Virus record (IMG/VR): IMGVR_UViG_3300023174_000057
Coordinates: 64,001 to 128,000 of that record
DNA: 64,000 nt
Direction: 5' to 3' (one strand)
Source: a virus
The notes under the pieces are model-generated. The model was given only the letters and a program-made list of their open reading frames with translations, ran no database searches and was not told where the DNA came from. A program made the position numbers and the translations under genes. Positions 54,852-63,739 of this stretch are shown one piece after another (within the stretch, counting starts at the first letter, position 1; the number at the start of each line of letters is the position of its first letter).

Positions 54852-55379
54852 ATGCCCACAAGGTTCCCAACTGGTGTCACGGTGTCCGAGGCGTGGTGGG
54901 GCACCCTCCCCGACTCATCTCGAAAGAACTGGCGGAGGGTGTTTCGGGCGTATGCTCGGTACGGGGTCAAGGTCATTGCGGACCCCTCCCACCGTGTTAA
55001 TTTTCAGGGTTACGTCTACTCAGAGGGTGAGGCATCGCTCTTCACCGACGTGAAGGGCAACGACCCCGCTCTCGCCCTCCACGATTTAGCACACTGGCGG
55101 GTGGCCCCCGTTGAGCGTAGGAACCTCCCCAACTGGGGTCTGGGGGATTTCCCCAACTACGACGACAAAGCCCCCCGCACGGTGGACTATGAAGTCGCCT
55201 TAGAGGAGGAGTCTCTCGCATCCACATTGGGTGGTTTCATGGCGGGGGAGATCCTCGGTCTGGAATACCGACGCTATGTGATGCGCGCCCTTGATGGGGG
55301 TGACACGGAGAGCATCCACATCTTGACTCAGCGGGGTCTGCTTGTGAAGCGGCCACGGAGTTACCGGGTGGTGTGGTAG
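54852..55379 (+). CDS. Zincin-like/YfcM(EpmC)-like protein
   Basis: ALALHDLAHWRVAPVERRNLPNWGLG...EEE; ATG 9 nt after GGGCGTAA. Confidence 0.5.
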   Translation: MPTRFPTGVTVSEAWWGTLPDSSRKNWRRVFRAYARYGVKVIADPSHRVNFQGYVYSEGEASLFTDVKGNDPALALHDLAHWRVAPVERRNLPNWGLGDFPNYDDKAPRTVDYEVALEEESLASTLGGFMAGEILGLEYRRYVMRALDGGDTESIHILTQRGLLVKRPRSYRVVW

Positions 55380-55491
55380 AGGGTCACGTCGGGTTGTGGG
55401 TCCCTCCGGGTGCGGGCTGTAGGTGAAGACCGACCCGGAGGGTGTGCGGGCACTTCTCGCGGCGCACCTCGCCGGGGCGTAACGTGCCCCG

Positions 55492-55842
55492 GTGAACCTC
55501 CTTCACGTCGCCGCGCGCATCGCCACGGACCTTCGCGGGAAGCAGCGTCAGGGCTACTACCTCGCCGCCGTGGGCGTGCGTCGGGACGGTGCCCTCGTGC
55601 GCGCTACCAACAAAGCGAGGTTCGCGAACGGGTACCTCCCGGTGCCGTCTACTCACGCGGAGGCGCGACTGTGCCGCAAGCTCGACGCGAGTGCGGAGGT
55701 CTACGTTGCAAGGGTGGTGGGGGACGGATCTTGGGCGATGTCTCGCCCGTGTGAGCGATGCCGTCTGGCGCTGGGGGCTCGCCGGGTGCGGCGGGTCTAC
55801 TACACCATCGGCCCCGGCGAGTACGGGGTGATGGACCTTTAG
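55492..55842 (+). CDS. Zinc-dependent cytidine/dCMP-deaminase-fold protein
   Basis: THAEARL and SRPCERC. Confidence 0.8.
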   Translation: MNLLHVAARIATDLRGKQRQGYYLAAVGVRRDGALVRATNKARFANGYLPVPSTHAEARLCRKLDASAEVYVARVVGDGSWAMSRPCERCRLALGARRVRRVYYTIGPGEYGVMDL

Positions 55843-56180
55843 ATTCGGTCACCGTTCCCGTTGACGTGGAACGTCTCGGTGATCGTGACGGTGAATCCGT
55901 TAGTTCGGCGGTGGATGCGGACGGCCTTACCGGGGCACCGGGCTTTCCACGTCTCGGACATCTTGTCGATGTCGCTCTGTATGTAGTGCGAAGGCAGCAG
56001 GGACAGGTCGGGACGGAGGGCGTCCGCGGGGACGGTGGTGATCTTCATGCGGGGTGTTACGCCCGCACTGTGGGGGAGAACCTCTAGCGGGGCGTAGCGA
56101 TGCCGTCTGGCGCTGGTGGCTCGTCGGGTGCGGCGCGTCTACTACACCATCGGCCCCGGCGAGTACGGGGTGATGGACCT
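55754..56180 (+). repeat. 85-bp direct repeat (55754-55838 and 56096-56180, 3 mismatches) flanking an inverted small gene
   Basis: AGCGATGCCGTCTGGCGCTG...GTGATGGACCT duplicated. Confidence 0.9.
55839..56048 (-). CDS. Small hypothetical protein
   Basis: ATG 8 nt after GGGCGTAA on the minus strand. Confidence 0.6.
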   Translation of the reverse strand: MKITTVPADALRPDLSLLPSHYIQSDIDKMSETWKARCPGKAVRIHRRTNGFTVTITETFHVNGNGDRI

Positions 56181-56185
56181 GTGAC

Positions 56186-56530
56186 TCAGAGCGAGGAGTC
56201 CTCGTCGGGGTCGTAGGGGCGCATCGGGAACGTCACCACGGCATCGGTGCCCCGGACAGAGAACATGGGGAGTCCGTCGATCTGGTAGTTCTCCATGTCG
56301 AGCGCCTCCGTCAGTCGCCTCTCAAAGGAGTACCGCTTGGCTTCCATGACGGTTCGCTCCAGATCCCTCGCGGTTCCCGTCCAGTTCGGGAAGGTGAAGG
56401 TGAGGGCCGTGGGCGTGTAGGTCACTTCTGGGGTCCCCTTCAACCCGTGGTCGGCCATGAACTTTTTGGCTACCACAGAGACAGTCGCCGGGACGCTCAG
56501 GGCTCGTTTGATCAGTGTTGCGATGGTCAT
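56186..56530 (-). CDS. Hypothetical protein
   Basis: GGAGG SD; TGATG coupling with the upstream gene. Confidence 0.65.
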   Translation of the reverse strand: MTIATLIKRALSVPATVSVVAKKFMADHGLKGTPEVTYTPTALTFTFPNWTGTARDLERTVMEAKRYSFERRLTEALDMENYQIDGLPMFSVRGTDAVVTFPMRPYDPDEDSSL

Positions 56531-56844
56531 CACGTCCTCCCGACGATGGCCTTCTTCATGGCGTCGTTCCACTCGCCCCAGATGGCGTCTCGGGAATCCG
56601 AGTCGGTGGTCCCGTAGTCGGAGTTCTTGGCAATCAGCCGCCCGATGGCCTGATAGGCGCTCGCCACGTTCACAGCGGTCATCGCGATCTCGGCTTGGAT
56701 CTGCTCCGTGACCTCCTCGTGACCTTCGTAGAGGCTGTAGGGGTTGTCGTCCATCGCCGTCTTGGTGACCAGCGGGAGGAGTTGGGCGCGGAGTTCCGGG
56801 CGTTGGTGGGCCAGACGGATGATTTTGGAACGGAGGTCGCTCAT
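56530..56844 (-). CDS. Hypothetical protein with N-terminal LRSKIIRLAHQRPELRAQLLPLVTKTA tag
   Basis: Shared leader; ATG 13 nt after CTATC. Confidence 0.75.
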   Translation of the reverse strand: MSDLRSKIIRLAHQRPELRAQLLPLVTKTAMDDNPYSLYEGHEEVTEQIQAEIAMTAVNVASAYQAIGRLIAKNSDYGTTDSDSRDAIWGEWNDAMKKAIVGRT

Positions 56845-56908
56845 GTCCTGTGCCGTGGATAGGGAAGCTACCGTGACGGTGGCTTCTCTATCCACGGCAC
56901 AGGGCATG
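56842..56908. promoter_or_regulatory. 67-bp palindrome: divergent back-to-back promoter-like motifs ending in two start codons
   Basis: 33-bp arms with 3 mismatches and a 1-nt centre; CTATCCACGGCACAGGRCATG on both strands. Confidence 0.75.
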
Positions 56909-58033
56909 ACCCCTTGTGCTGTCCGTGTCGCCACCCGGTACCTCTCGGCCAAAGTGTGGGGCGACCCCTCGGGGATGATCTCCGACTACCGGGGGGCGCT
57001 CACAGCCTTCCAGACGGGCCTCACCCGGGTCACCGAGTCCGCCACACAAACTTTCAGCCGCTACACTCCCTCGACCCCACGAGAGCAGGAGATGGTACAG
57101 AAGGCGGTGGCGAAGGCGACCCGTGGCGCTCTCTCTCACACGATGGTCCCGCTTATCCAGACGGCACGTCAGTTGTCCGAGTGGGTGCTCCAGACCCGTG
57201 TGATCCCCGCTGGCAAGGCCAAGGCGGTCGAGATGGCGGCACGCTCCGTTCAGAGCATGGCGCGGCTCCCGCAGGACATCCCCGATTGGTACGAGAAGAA
57301 CGCTGCCCGTCTCAATCTCCTGCTGGAGGCGGCGTCGTGGCCAGAGAAGTCGGGGGAGGGGGATGCCGCGTCACAGGTGGTGACCGTGGGGCCGTTCAAG
57401 GTCCACAACACCATCGGCGCGGACGCGAAGCAGTTCAAGGAGATCCAAGGGCTCGTCGAGAACGCGACTCGCGCTTTGTCCACCACGTTGGACTTCAAGA
57501 AAGTTCTCTACGGAGACGTGTACGTCGTCGGGCAACTGCGGCAGTCCCACACCCTCGCTTGGTACAAGATTCAGTCGGACGACGTGTACGTTCGGTCCCT
57601 CGCCAAGAAGGGCGGGGACGATCTTCACTCTCTCGTCCACGAGCTCGGGCACCGCTACTGGTTCAAGTCCGCCACGAGCGACCAGAAGCGGAACATCAAC
57701 ATGCTCTTCATGGACCTCGGGACGGCACCCGCGCCGTCCGTGACACGTCCCACGGTCGGTGACGAGCTCCCTGTGTCCGTGAAGGGTGCCAAAGGCACCA
57801 AGTTCATCATCGTGAAGGACGACGGGATGTACTTCACGACGGAGCCCAAGGGCACCTTCCCTGTCCGTGAGGTCATGCGGCTCATCACCGAGAGGGCCAA
57901 GGGCACGGAGACTTTTCCCTCGCAGTACTCGATGACGGACAGTTCAGAGTTCTTTGCGGAGTGCTTCGCGTTCTACACCCTCGGGCGTCTCAAGCCCGAC
58001 CTCGCCAAGAGGTTTGAGGAGGCTCTGTCGTGA
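56906..58033 (+). CDS. Zincin metallopeptidase-domain protein with N-terminal RVATRYL tag
   Basis: LVHELGHRYW and SQYSMTDSSEFFAECF (HExxH plus downstream E..AE). Confidence 0.78.
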   Translation: MTPCAVRVATRYLSAKVWGDPSGMISDYRGALTAFQTGLTRVTESATQTFSRYTPSTPREQEMVQKAVAKATRGALSHTMVPLIQTARQLSEWVLQTRVIPAGKAKAVEMAARSVQSMARLPQDIPDWYEKNAARLNLLLEAASWPEKSGEGDAASQVVTVGPFKVHNTIGADAKQFKEIQGLVENATRALSTTLDFKKVLYGDVYVVGQLRQSHTLAWYKIQSDDVYVRSLAKKGGDDLHSLVHELGHRYWFKSATSDQKRNINMLFMDLGTAPAPSVTRPTVGDELPVSVKGAKGTKFIIVKDDGMYFTTEPKGTFPVREVMRLITERAKGTETFPSQYSMTDSSEFFAECFAFYTLGRLKPDLAKRFEEALS

Positions 58034-58851
58034 GCCCGTCGATCAGCAGGGTCGCCACCCGGCACCTCATCCGCGTCGCGGCTCGGGACGCTTGCCGCGC
58101 CACGTTCCGCACCCGCACGGCGTCGGTGGACCTCACGGAGCGGGTGCTGGTGGCGGTTGCGGAGGGGGCGTACCTGTCTCACGGCGGGAACGTCCGTGTG
58201 GCGAGTCTCCTCTCCAAGCTCGCAGAGCTCGCCACGGCCCTCAAGCGGTTCCCCAACCTCTGGGAGAAATTGAAAGATCTCCTCGGGATCGAGAGCCTGT
58301 CGGACCTCCCGGGCCGGATCAAGGCGCTCCTCCAAGACGCCTACGGGGCGCTCCGCAAGCTCCTCACCAAGGCGTTTGAGACGTGGCCCCTCAAGCTGTT
58401 CACCCTGCCCGAGAGCAAGCTGTTCTCGATCAACAAGCTGCTGGAGGCCCTCATGAAGAGGTACCCGCAGTTCGGCAAGTGGCTGGAGGCCAACGTCAAG
58501 CCCCGGGTCGATCAGTTCGACAAGTGGCTCAAGCAGCACCTCCCCACGGTCAGCAAGGTGCTGATGGTGGGCATCTACGTCTGGCTGTGGATGAACACCA
58601 CGGAGTTTGAGTGGGACATCAACGGCATCCTCGACGCGGCCACGGGGAACCTGTCCCTCGCGGACCTCTTGGCGGGGTTGCCCGGGACCGTCCTCGGCGC
58701 GCTCTTGGGTACGCTCAACCTCGGGACGTTCACACTTCTCCCTGCCGCCCTCGCGGCGCGGGTGCTCTTCCTCCTCGGCAAGCGGTACCTCGTGTGGACG
58801 GGTTCGGGCTTCCAGTTCGACGAGGAAGCCCTCAGCGCCGACTTCGGCTAG
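58030..58851 (+). CDS. Hypothetical protein with N-terminal RVATRHL tag and C-terminal hydrophobic segments
   Basis: GTGA overlap; GAGGAGG SD. Confidence 0.7.
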   Translation: MSPSISRVATRHLIRVAARDACRATFRTRTASVDLTERVLVAVAEGAYLSHGGNVRVASLLSKLAELATALKRFPNLWEKLKDLLGIESLSDLPGRIKALLQDAYGALRKLLTKAFETWPLKLFTLPESKLFSINKLLEALMKRYPQFGKWLEANVKPRVDQFDKWLKQHLPTVSKVLMVGIYVWLWMNTTEFEWDINGILDAATGNLSLADLLAGLPGTVLGALLGTLNLGTFTLLPAALAARVLFLLGKRYLVWTGSGFQFDEEALSADFG

Positions 58852-58883
58852 TGCGGTATCACCCCTATCTTTCTCGGGGGGGT

Positions 58884-59390
58884 ATGGCTGACCGCGCCTT
58901 GCTCGTTGGGGTCAACACCCCGGTGCCCCGCTCAACGGGTGCGTCTGATGGTCGCCCTGTCCTGTACTTCGGCTACGGGTCGAACTTGAACGTGCCCATG
59001 ATGATGGGGCGCGTGCCGCACGCCAAGCTCCTCGTCCCTGCGTTTCTCCCCTACCATCGCGTCGGGTTCGCGGGGCACAGTCGTCATTGGGGCGGCGGAA
59101 CGGCGACACTCATCCCAGCGATGAGTGTCGTGCCCGGTGTCCTGTACCTGATGACCCGTGACGACCTTCACGAGCTCGACAGGTCTGAGAACACCCCCAC
59201 GGGCAACCACCGCCACAACGAGTACGTCTACGGCTGGGACGGCACCCGTTACGAGGCGTTCATGTACCGACAGGGGTCGGGCACCCCGGTCAACCCCCCC
59301 GACCCTCGCTATCTCTCGACCGTCATCGAGGGGCGTAGGATGCACGGATTTCGTTACGAAGACATCCTACGAGAGGCACGACGCACATGA
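58884..59390 (+). CDS. Gamma-glutamylcyclotransferase (GGCT/AIG2-like)
   Basis: [10 protein letters not shown]...VPGVLYLM...LDRSE...PDPRYL. Confidence 0.82.
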   Translation: MADRALLVGVNTPVPRSTGASDGRPVLYFGYGSNLNVPMMMGRVPHAKLLVPAFLPYHRVGFAGHSRHWGGGTATLIPAMSVVPGVLYLMTRDDLHELDRSENTPTGNHRHNEYVYGWDGTRYEAFMYRQGSGTPVNPPDPRYLSTVIEGRRMHGFRYEDILREARRT

Positions 59391-59992
59391 CCCCCGGCAC
59401 CCACAAGCTCCCGCCCCTGCCCTACGCCTACGATGCCCTTGAGCCGTGGATGGGCGCGGAGACGGCGCGGCTGCACCACGGCAAACACCACCAATCTTAC
59501 GTTGACGGGCTGAACGAAGCTGAAGTCGAGCTCGCCAAGGCGCGGGCGTCGGGCGACATCAAGCTCGTCCCGTACTGGCAGACCCGGCGAGCGTTCAATG
59601 AGGGCGGGCACGTTCTGCACTCGATCTTCTGGCATTGTATGTCGCCCGACGGCGGCGGGCTTCCCACGGGCAACCTAGCCACCCTGATTGACCGGGACTT
59701 CGGCGGGTACAAGGCGTTCCGCCGTGAGTTCGTCGCCACGGCCAAGGGCGTCGAGGGGTCGGGCTGGGCGGTTCTCGTACTCAAGCGCGGGATGCGCGGT
59801 GGACGCCTAGAGGTGGCACCCGTTCACAATCACGAGAACCGTGCCCTGTGGCAGTCACAGGTGCTGCTCCCGATGGACGTGTGGGAGCACGCCTACTACC
59901 TCGACCACCAGAACGACCGGGAGGGCTGGGCCAACACCTTCCTCGATCACTTGGTCGATTGGTCCTACATCGAATCAAGGGTAAAAGCATGA
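59387..59992 (+). CDS. sod: Fe/Mn superoxide dismutase
   Basis: LPPLPYAYDALEP, HHGKHHQSYV, GGHVLHSIFW, GSGW, DVWEHAYY. Confidence 0.95.
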   Translation: MTPGTHKLPPLPYAYDALEPWMGAETARLHHGKHHQSYVDGLNEAEVELAKARASGDIKLVPYWQTRRAFNEGGHVLHSIFWHCMSPDGGGLPTGNLATLIDRDFGGYKAFRREFVATAKGVEGSGWAVLVLKRGMRGGRLEVAPVHNHENRALWQSQVLLPMDVWEHAYYLDHQNDREGWANTFLDHLVDWSYIESRVKA

Positions 59993-60699
59993 GCACTCTT
60001 CGTTCTAAGGTCATTCGTCTGGCGCACCAGAACCCCGCCCTCCGTCCGCACCTTCTGCCCCTCCTTCGAGAGAAGCGCGCAGCGGGGCAATGGAGGGAGG
60101 TGTCCCCTCGGGGATTGTCTCAAGAGACCCTAGATAGGGTCTGGGACATGTACAAAAACAGCTACGCCAAGATCGGTCTCAAGGTCTCGTCCATCGGTGA
60201 GATGGTGTCCGAGTATGATGCTTGGCGTCTGGCTTACGATGGAGAGGTGCCCGTAGCCTTTAGCGTGGGGACCAAGACCTCGTTCGGCGTCAAGAGCGGT
60301 CTCTCTGGATCGGATGGGACGCCAGCGGGAAAGGACTCGATCAAGAGCCTCCTTTCTACCATCTACAAGCAGCCGGGTTTCTATTCGGAGGTGTCGCACG
60401 CCGTCGAGCACATCGCGGCTAAAGCGGGAGCCCCGGCAGTTTGCGCGGTCTACGTTCCCAACATCATTAAGAAGCAGATCGAGCCCGCTGACGACGGCAT
60501 TCACTACTCCAGAATTTTGGGGGGTGTGGGCAAGGTCACCAAAATTCTCGTCGGTCGTCCGAGAGGTATTCCTACGACGGACTACGACCATCCCGTTTGC
60601 CCCATCGGGGACCCATCTCTTCGCACCTCTGGAGAGGTAGAGCCCGACGATTCTGCGGACTACGCCGCCCACATCGCGTGCCTTCTCTTTCAAGGCTGA
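59989..60699 (+). CDS. Hypothetical protein with N-terminal LRSKVIRLAHQNPALRPHLLPLL tag
   Basis: ATGA overlap with sod; more AT-rich codon usage. Confidence 0.75.
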   Translation: MSTLRSKVIRLAHQNPALRPHLLPLLREKRAAGQWREVSPRGLSQETLDRVWDMYKNSYAKIGLKVSSIGEMVSEYDAWRLAYDGEVPVAFSVGTKTSFGVKSGLSGSDGTPAGKDSIKSLLSTIYKQPGFYSEVSHAVEHIAAKAGAPAVCAVYVPNIIKKQIEPADDGIHYSRILGGVGKVTKILVGRPRGIPTTDYDHPVCPIGDPSLRTSGEVEPDDSADYAAHIACLLFQG

Positions 60700-60705
60700 A
60701 CGCGA

Positions 60706-61074
60706 ATGCCCCCTCGAAAGAAGAAGCCGTCCACCGCCGCGAGAGGCGACTGCTACGAAGCGGCTGGGAAGTATATGTTCGAGAACTGTCTGATGGACCC
60801 CCAGTGCGGGCTGCGGGTCGTTCACGGAGAGGTCGCTGGGCAGGGGCCGCTAGAAGGCGTCACCTTCGGGCACGCTTGGGTTCTGGACGGCGACACGGTG
60901 ATTGACCGCTCGAACGGTCGGAGCTTGCGGATGCCCAAGGTCGTGTACTACGCGCTGGGTTCCATCGAGCGCATCGGGAACCTGCACACCTACACCTGGG
61001 ACGAGGCCAAGAAGAAGATGCTTCAGTTTGGGCACTACGGCCCGTGGGACCTCAAGACCCGGAGCGGGCTATGA
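60706..61074 (+). CDS. Transglutaminase/papain-like Cys-His-Asp protein
   Basis: GDCYEAA...GHAWVLDGDTVID. Confidence 0.55.
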   Translation: MPPRKKKPSTAARGDCYEAAGKYMFENCLMDPQCGLRVVHGEVAGQGPLEGVTFGHAWVLDGDTVIDRSNGRSLRMPKVVYYALGSIERIGNLHTYTWDEAKKKMLQFGHYGPWDLKTRSGL

Positions 61075-61199
61075 AGGAACTGTTCACCCTCCCTTCGGTG
61101 AAGCGCGAGCCCGTACCGGCGACGGTGCTGGACGTGCTCCGCGACGGCGGCGGGGAGCCTTCCGCCCGGAGGGTTGCCTCCCGATTTCTGGGGCGGTGA
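61071..61199 (+). CDS. 42-aa peptide ending in the RVASRFL tag
   Basis: ATGA overlap; MKELFTLPSVKREPVPATVLDVLRDGGGEPSARRVASRFLGR; below ORF-track cutoff. Confidence 0.55.
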   Translation: MKELFTLPSVKREPVPATVLDVLRDGGGEPSARRVASRFLGR

Positions 61200-61233
61200 C
61201 CCCCTCCGGGCGTAATAGCCCCCGGAGGCCACA

Positions 61234-63702
61234 ATGGCAACGAAGTCAAAGACCCAGACCAACATCACCAAGTTCGCTCTCCGTAACTTCAAGGGCACCC
61301 CCACCCGCTACTTCCGCTGCGAGGCGGAAGACATCACCGCGAAGGCGACCGTCGAGGTTCGCAAGCCTTCGCACCACATCCTCGTGATCGACCGTTCGGG
61401 CTCGATGTACGGGGACATCGGGGACGTGAAGGGCACCGTCGAGAAGCTCCTCACCCTCTCCGAGTTCCGCGATCCGACGCTGAAGGTGTCCCTCATCTCC
61501 TACTCGTCGCAGGGCGACGTGAAGCTGCACTTCAGCAAGGTGACGGTGGAGGACGTGATGCGGGCGGGCTCCCCGTACCTCGGTGAGATCCGCAGCATTC
61601 ACGCCACGGCCCTCACCTGCATCTCGCAGGGCCTCGCGATGGCAGAGACCATCGTGGACGATGCCGATACGACGTGCGTGACGCTTCACACGGACGGTTT
61701 CGCCAACGACCGGAGCCCCACGGCGGAGGCCCGCGACATCAAGGCAGCGGTCGCGAAGCTCAAGACGCACCCCAACCTGTTCGCGAACGCCATCGGGTAC
61801 CGGGACTACTGCGACTACAACCTGCTGGCGAGCATCAGCAACTCCCTCTCGGGCGTGTGCGTGCAAGCCAAGGGCATCAAGGCCGTGTACGAAGCGGTCT
61901 ACAACACCACGAAGCTCCTCGCGGGCACCCTGTCCCCCGCCATCGAGGTGTCTCGTGGCAAGGCCGACTACGCCATGTTCGTGTCCCGCAGCGCCCGCAA
62001 GGTGCTGGGGATGACTGACACCTTCACGGTGCAGGGGCTCTCGCCCACGGACGACAAGACGGCGTACCGCCTGTTTGAGATCACGGCCAAGGACTACGCC
62101 GACCTCGACGCTCCCGTGAGCGGCGAGAACGCCCCGGTGGAGCCTGTCCTCGCCTTCGCCCGGACGCAGATCTCGGCGGGCAACCTCAACGCGGCCAAGT
62201 ACGCCCTCGTGTCCACCCGGTGCGGCGAGCTCCTCGGGAAGCACTCACGCGCCCTCGTGGCGAGTGACATCGCGGCGATGGCTGACGGCACGGAGGGGTA
62301 CCTGTTCGACCGCGTCCCGTTCACCCCGTCGAACGGCTACGGGCTCGGTGCCACGGGGCCTTCGGTGCTCACGGTGCTCACCTACCTCAACGGGCACACG
62401 GACACCCTCTCGGTGGACCTCCCGACCTTCTCGTCGGGCTACAAGCGGCGCGGGGTCAAGCGCATCCCCGGCACGCGCCTCGCGGACGGCACGGTGGAGG
62501 AGCCCACGGTGTCCTCCAAGGTGCGCGAGGGCGGGGACGGATGGGTGAAGGTCAACAGCTTCGACCTCAACCGCAACACGGCCAGCATCAATATGCTGGT
62601 GAGCCAGCCCATCGACCTGTTCCCGAAGGGGTCGTCCCAGCGGGTGGCGAGCGTGGCGGGGGTGTCCCTCGACGATCTCAAGAGCTTCAACAACTACACG
62701 GTGGTGGGCGACGGGATGCTCAACGCCTCGTCTCTGCCCCTCCGCACGTCGGATCAGAAGGTGATCGTCGGGCTCGCTTCCCTCGGGCTCCACCTCGCCA
62801 ATGCCAAGGCGGGCCAGCCCTTCACGCTCGACCTGTCGGGCCTCCCGCTGGTGGACTACGACCTCAACGTGGGCGGGGTGGACCACACCACGGTGACGCG
62901 CCTCGCGCGCCTCACGGTGCTGTCCAAGATCCTCAACGGCATGGTGAAGGGCGACGCGAGCGGTCTCACCTCGGAGCAGGTGGACGAGCTCAAGAAGCAC
63001 TACCTCACCCCGTCGATGTACTTTTCGCCGCCCACCACCACGGAGTACGCGGTTCTCGCGGACGCCATCGCCACGGGCAAGGTGGACACCAAGCTGTCCT
63101 ACAAGGTGGACCTCGGGACGCCCGACATCACGGGCACGGGCAAGCTCAAGAGCGGCAACGAGTACCTCCAGCGGCGCTTCACGCTCACCTTCATGGGCAA
63201 GGACGTGGAGAAGCCGACGCTGGACTACATCACCCTCACGGACTCGACGTGGGGCATCAAGAAGCTGTCGGCGCGGACGACCCTCGACGCTGTGGACGAG
63301 CTCTCCTACCCGATCTACGAAGGGATGCTCGGGCTGGGCGACGGCAAGGTGCTGAAGGATCTTCTGAAGGGCGTGGGGTGCGTGGACCCGGACCGTTTCC
63401 TCGCGGACCTCAAGGGAGTGAACGCCTCGGAGGCCGTGCGAGAGGCCATCCGGTTCGTGGAAGCAGCCATCGAGGCCGTGTATGAGACGGTTCGCCCGCT
63501 GGCGTTCTACGTCGGCGCGACGGGGCTGGTGCCCGACTCCCTCGGGGCCAAGGCGATGACCGCTGAGGAGTTCGCCACGGCGTACCCCAACGCCAAGCTC
63601 TCCAAGGCCGAGAAGGAGGAGGGCAGCTTCCACGTCCTGCCTGACAACACGGTGCTGACCGTGTACGTCAAGGGCGAGTTGTTCAGCCCCTCGGCCCACT
63701 GA
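61234..63702 (+). CDS. von Willebrand factor A (MIDAS) domain protein
   Basis: LVIDRSGSM, ALTCISQGL, LHTDG; GGAGG SD. Confidence 0.82.
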   Translation: MATKSKTQTNITKFALRNFKGTPTRYFRCEAEDITAKATVEVRKPSHHILVIDRSGSMYGDIGDVKGTVEKLLTLSEFRDPTLKVSLISYSSQGDVKLHFSKVTVEDVMRAGSPYLGEIRSIHATALTCISQGLAMAETIVDDADTTCVTLHTDGFANDRSPTAEARDIKAAVAKLKTHPNLFANAIGYRDYCDYNLLASISNSLSGVCVQAKGIKAVYEAVYNTTKLLAGTLSPAIEVSRGKADYAMFVSRSARKVLGMTDTFTVQGLSPTDDKTAYRLFEITAKDYADLDAPVSGENAPVEPVLAFARTQISAGNLNAAKYALVSTRCGELLGKHSRALVASDIAAMADGTEGYLFDRVPFTPSNGYGLGATGPSVLTVLTYLNGHTDTLSVDLPTFSSGYKRRGVKRIPGTRLADGTVEEPTVSSKVREGGDGWVKVNSFDLNRNTASINMLVSQPIDLFPKGSSQRVASVAGVSLDDLKSFNNYTVVGDGMLNASSLPLRTSDQKVIVGLASLGLHLANAKAGQPFTLDLSGLPLVDYDLNVGGVDHTTVTRLARLTVLSKILNGMVKGDASGLTSEQVDELKKHYLTPSMYFSPPTTTEYAVLADAIATGKVDTKLSYKVDLGTPDITGTGKLKSGNEYLQRRFTLTFMGKDVEKPTLDYITLTDSTWGIKKLSARTTLDAVDELSYPIYEGMLGLGDGKVLKDLLKGVGCVDPDRFLADLKGVNASEAVREAIRFVEAAIEAVYETVRPLAFYVGATGLVPDSLGAKAMTAEEFATAYPNAKLSKAEKEEGSFHVLPDNTVLTVYVKGELFSPSAH

Positions 63703-63739
63703 CCCCTCTCGGTAGCCCCTTTATCCCCGCGAAGGGTGT

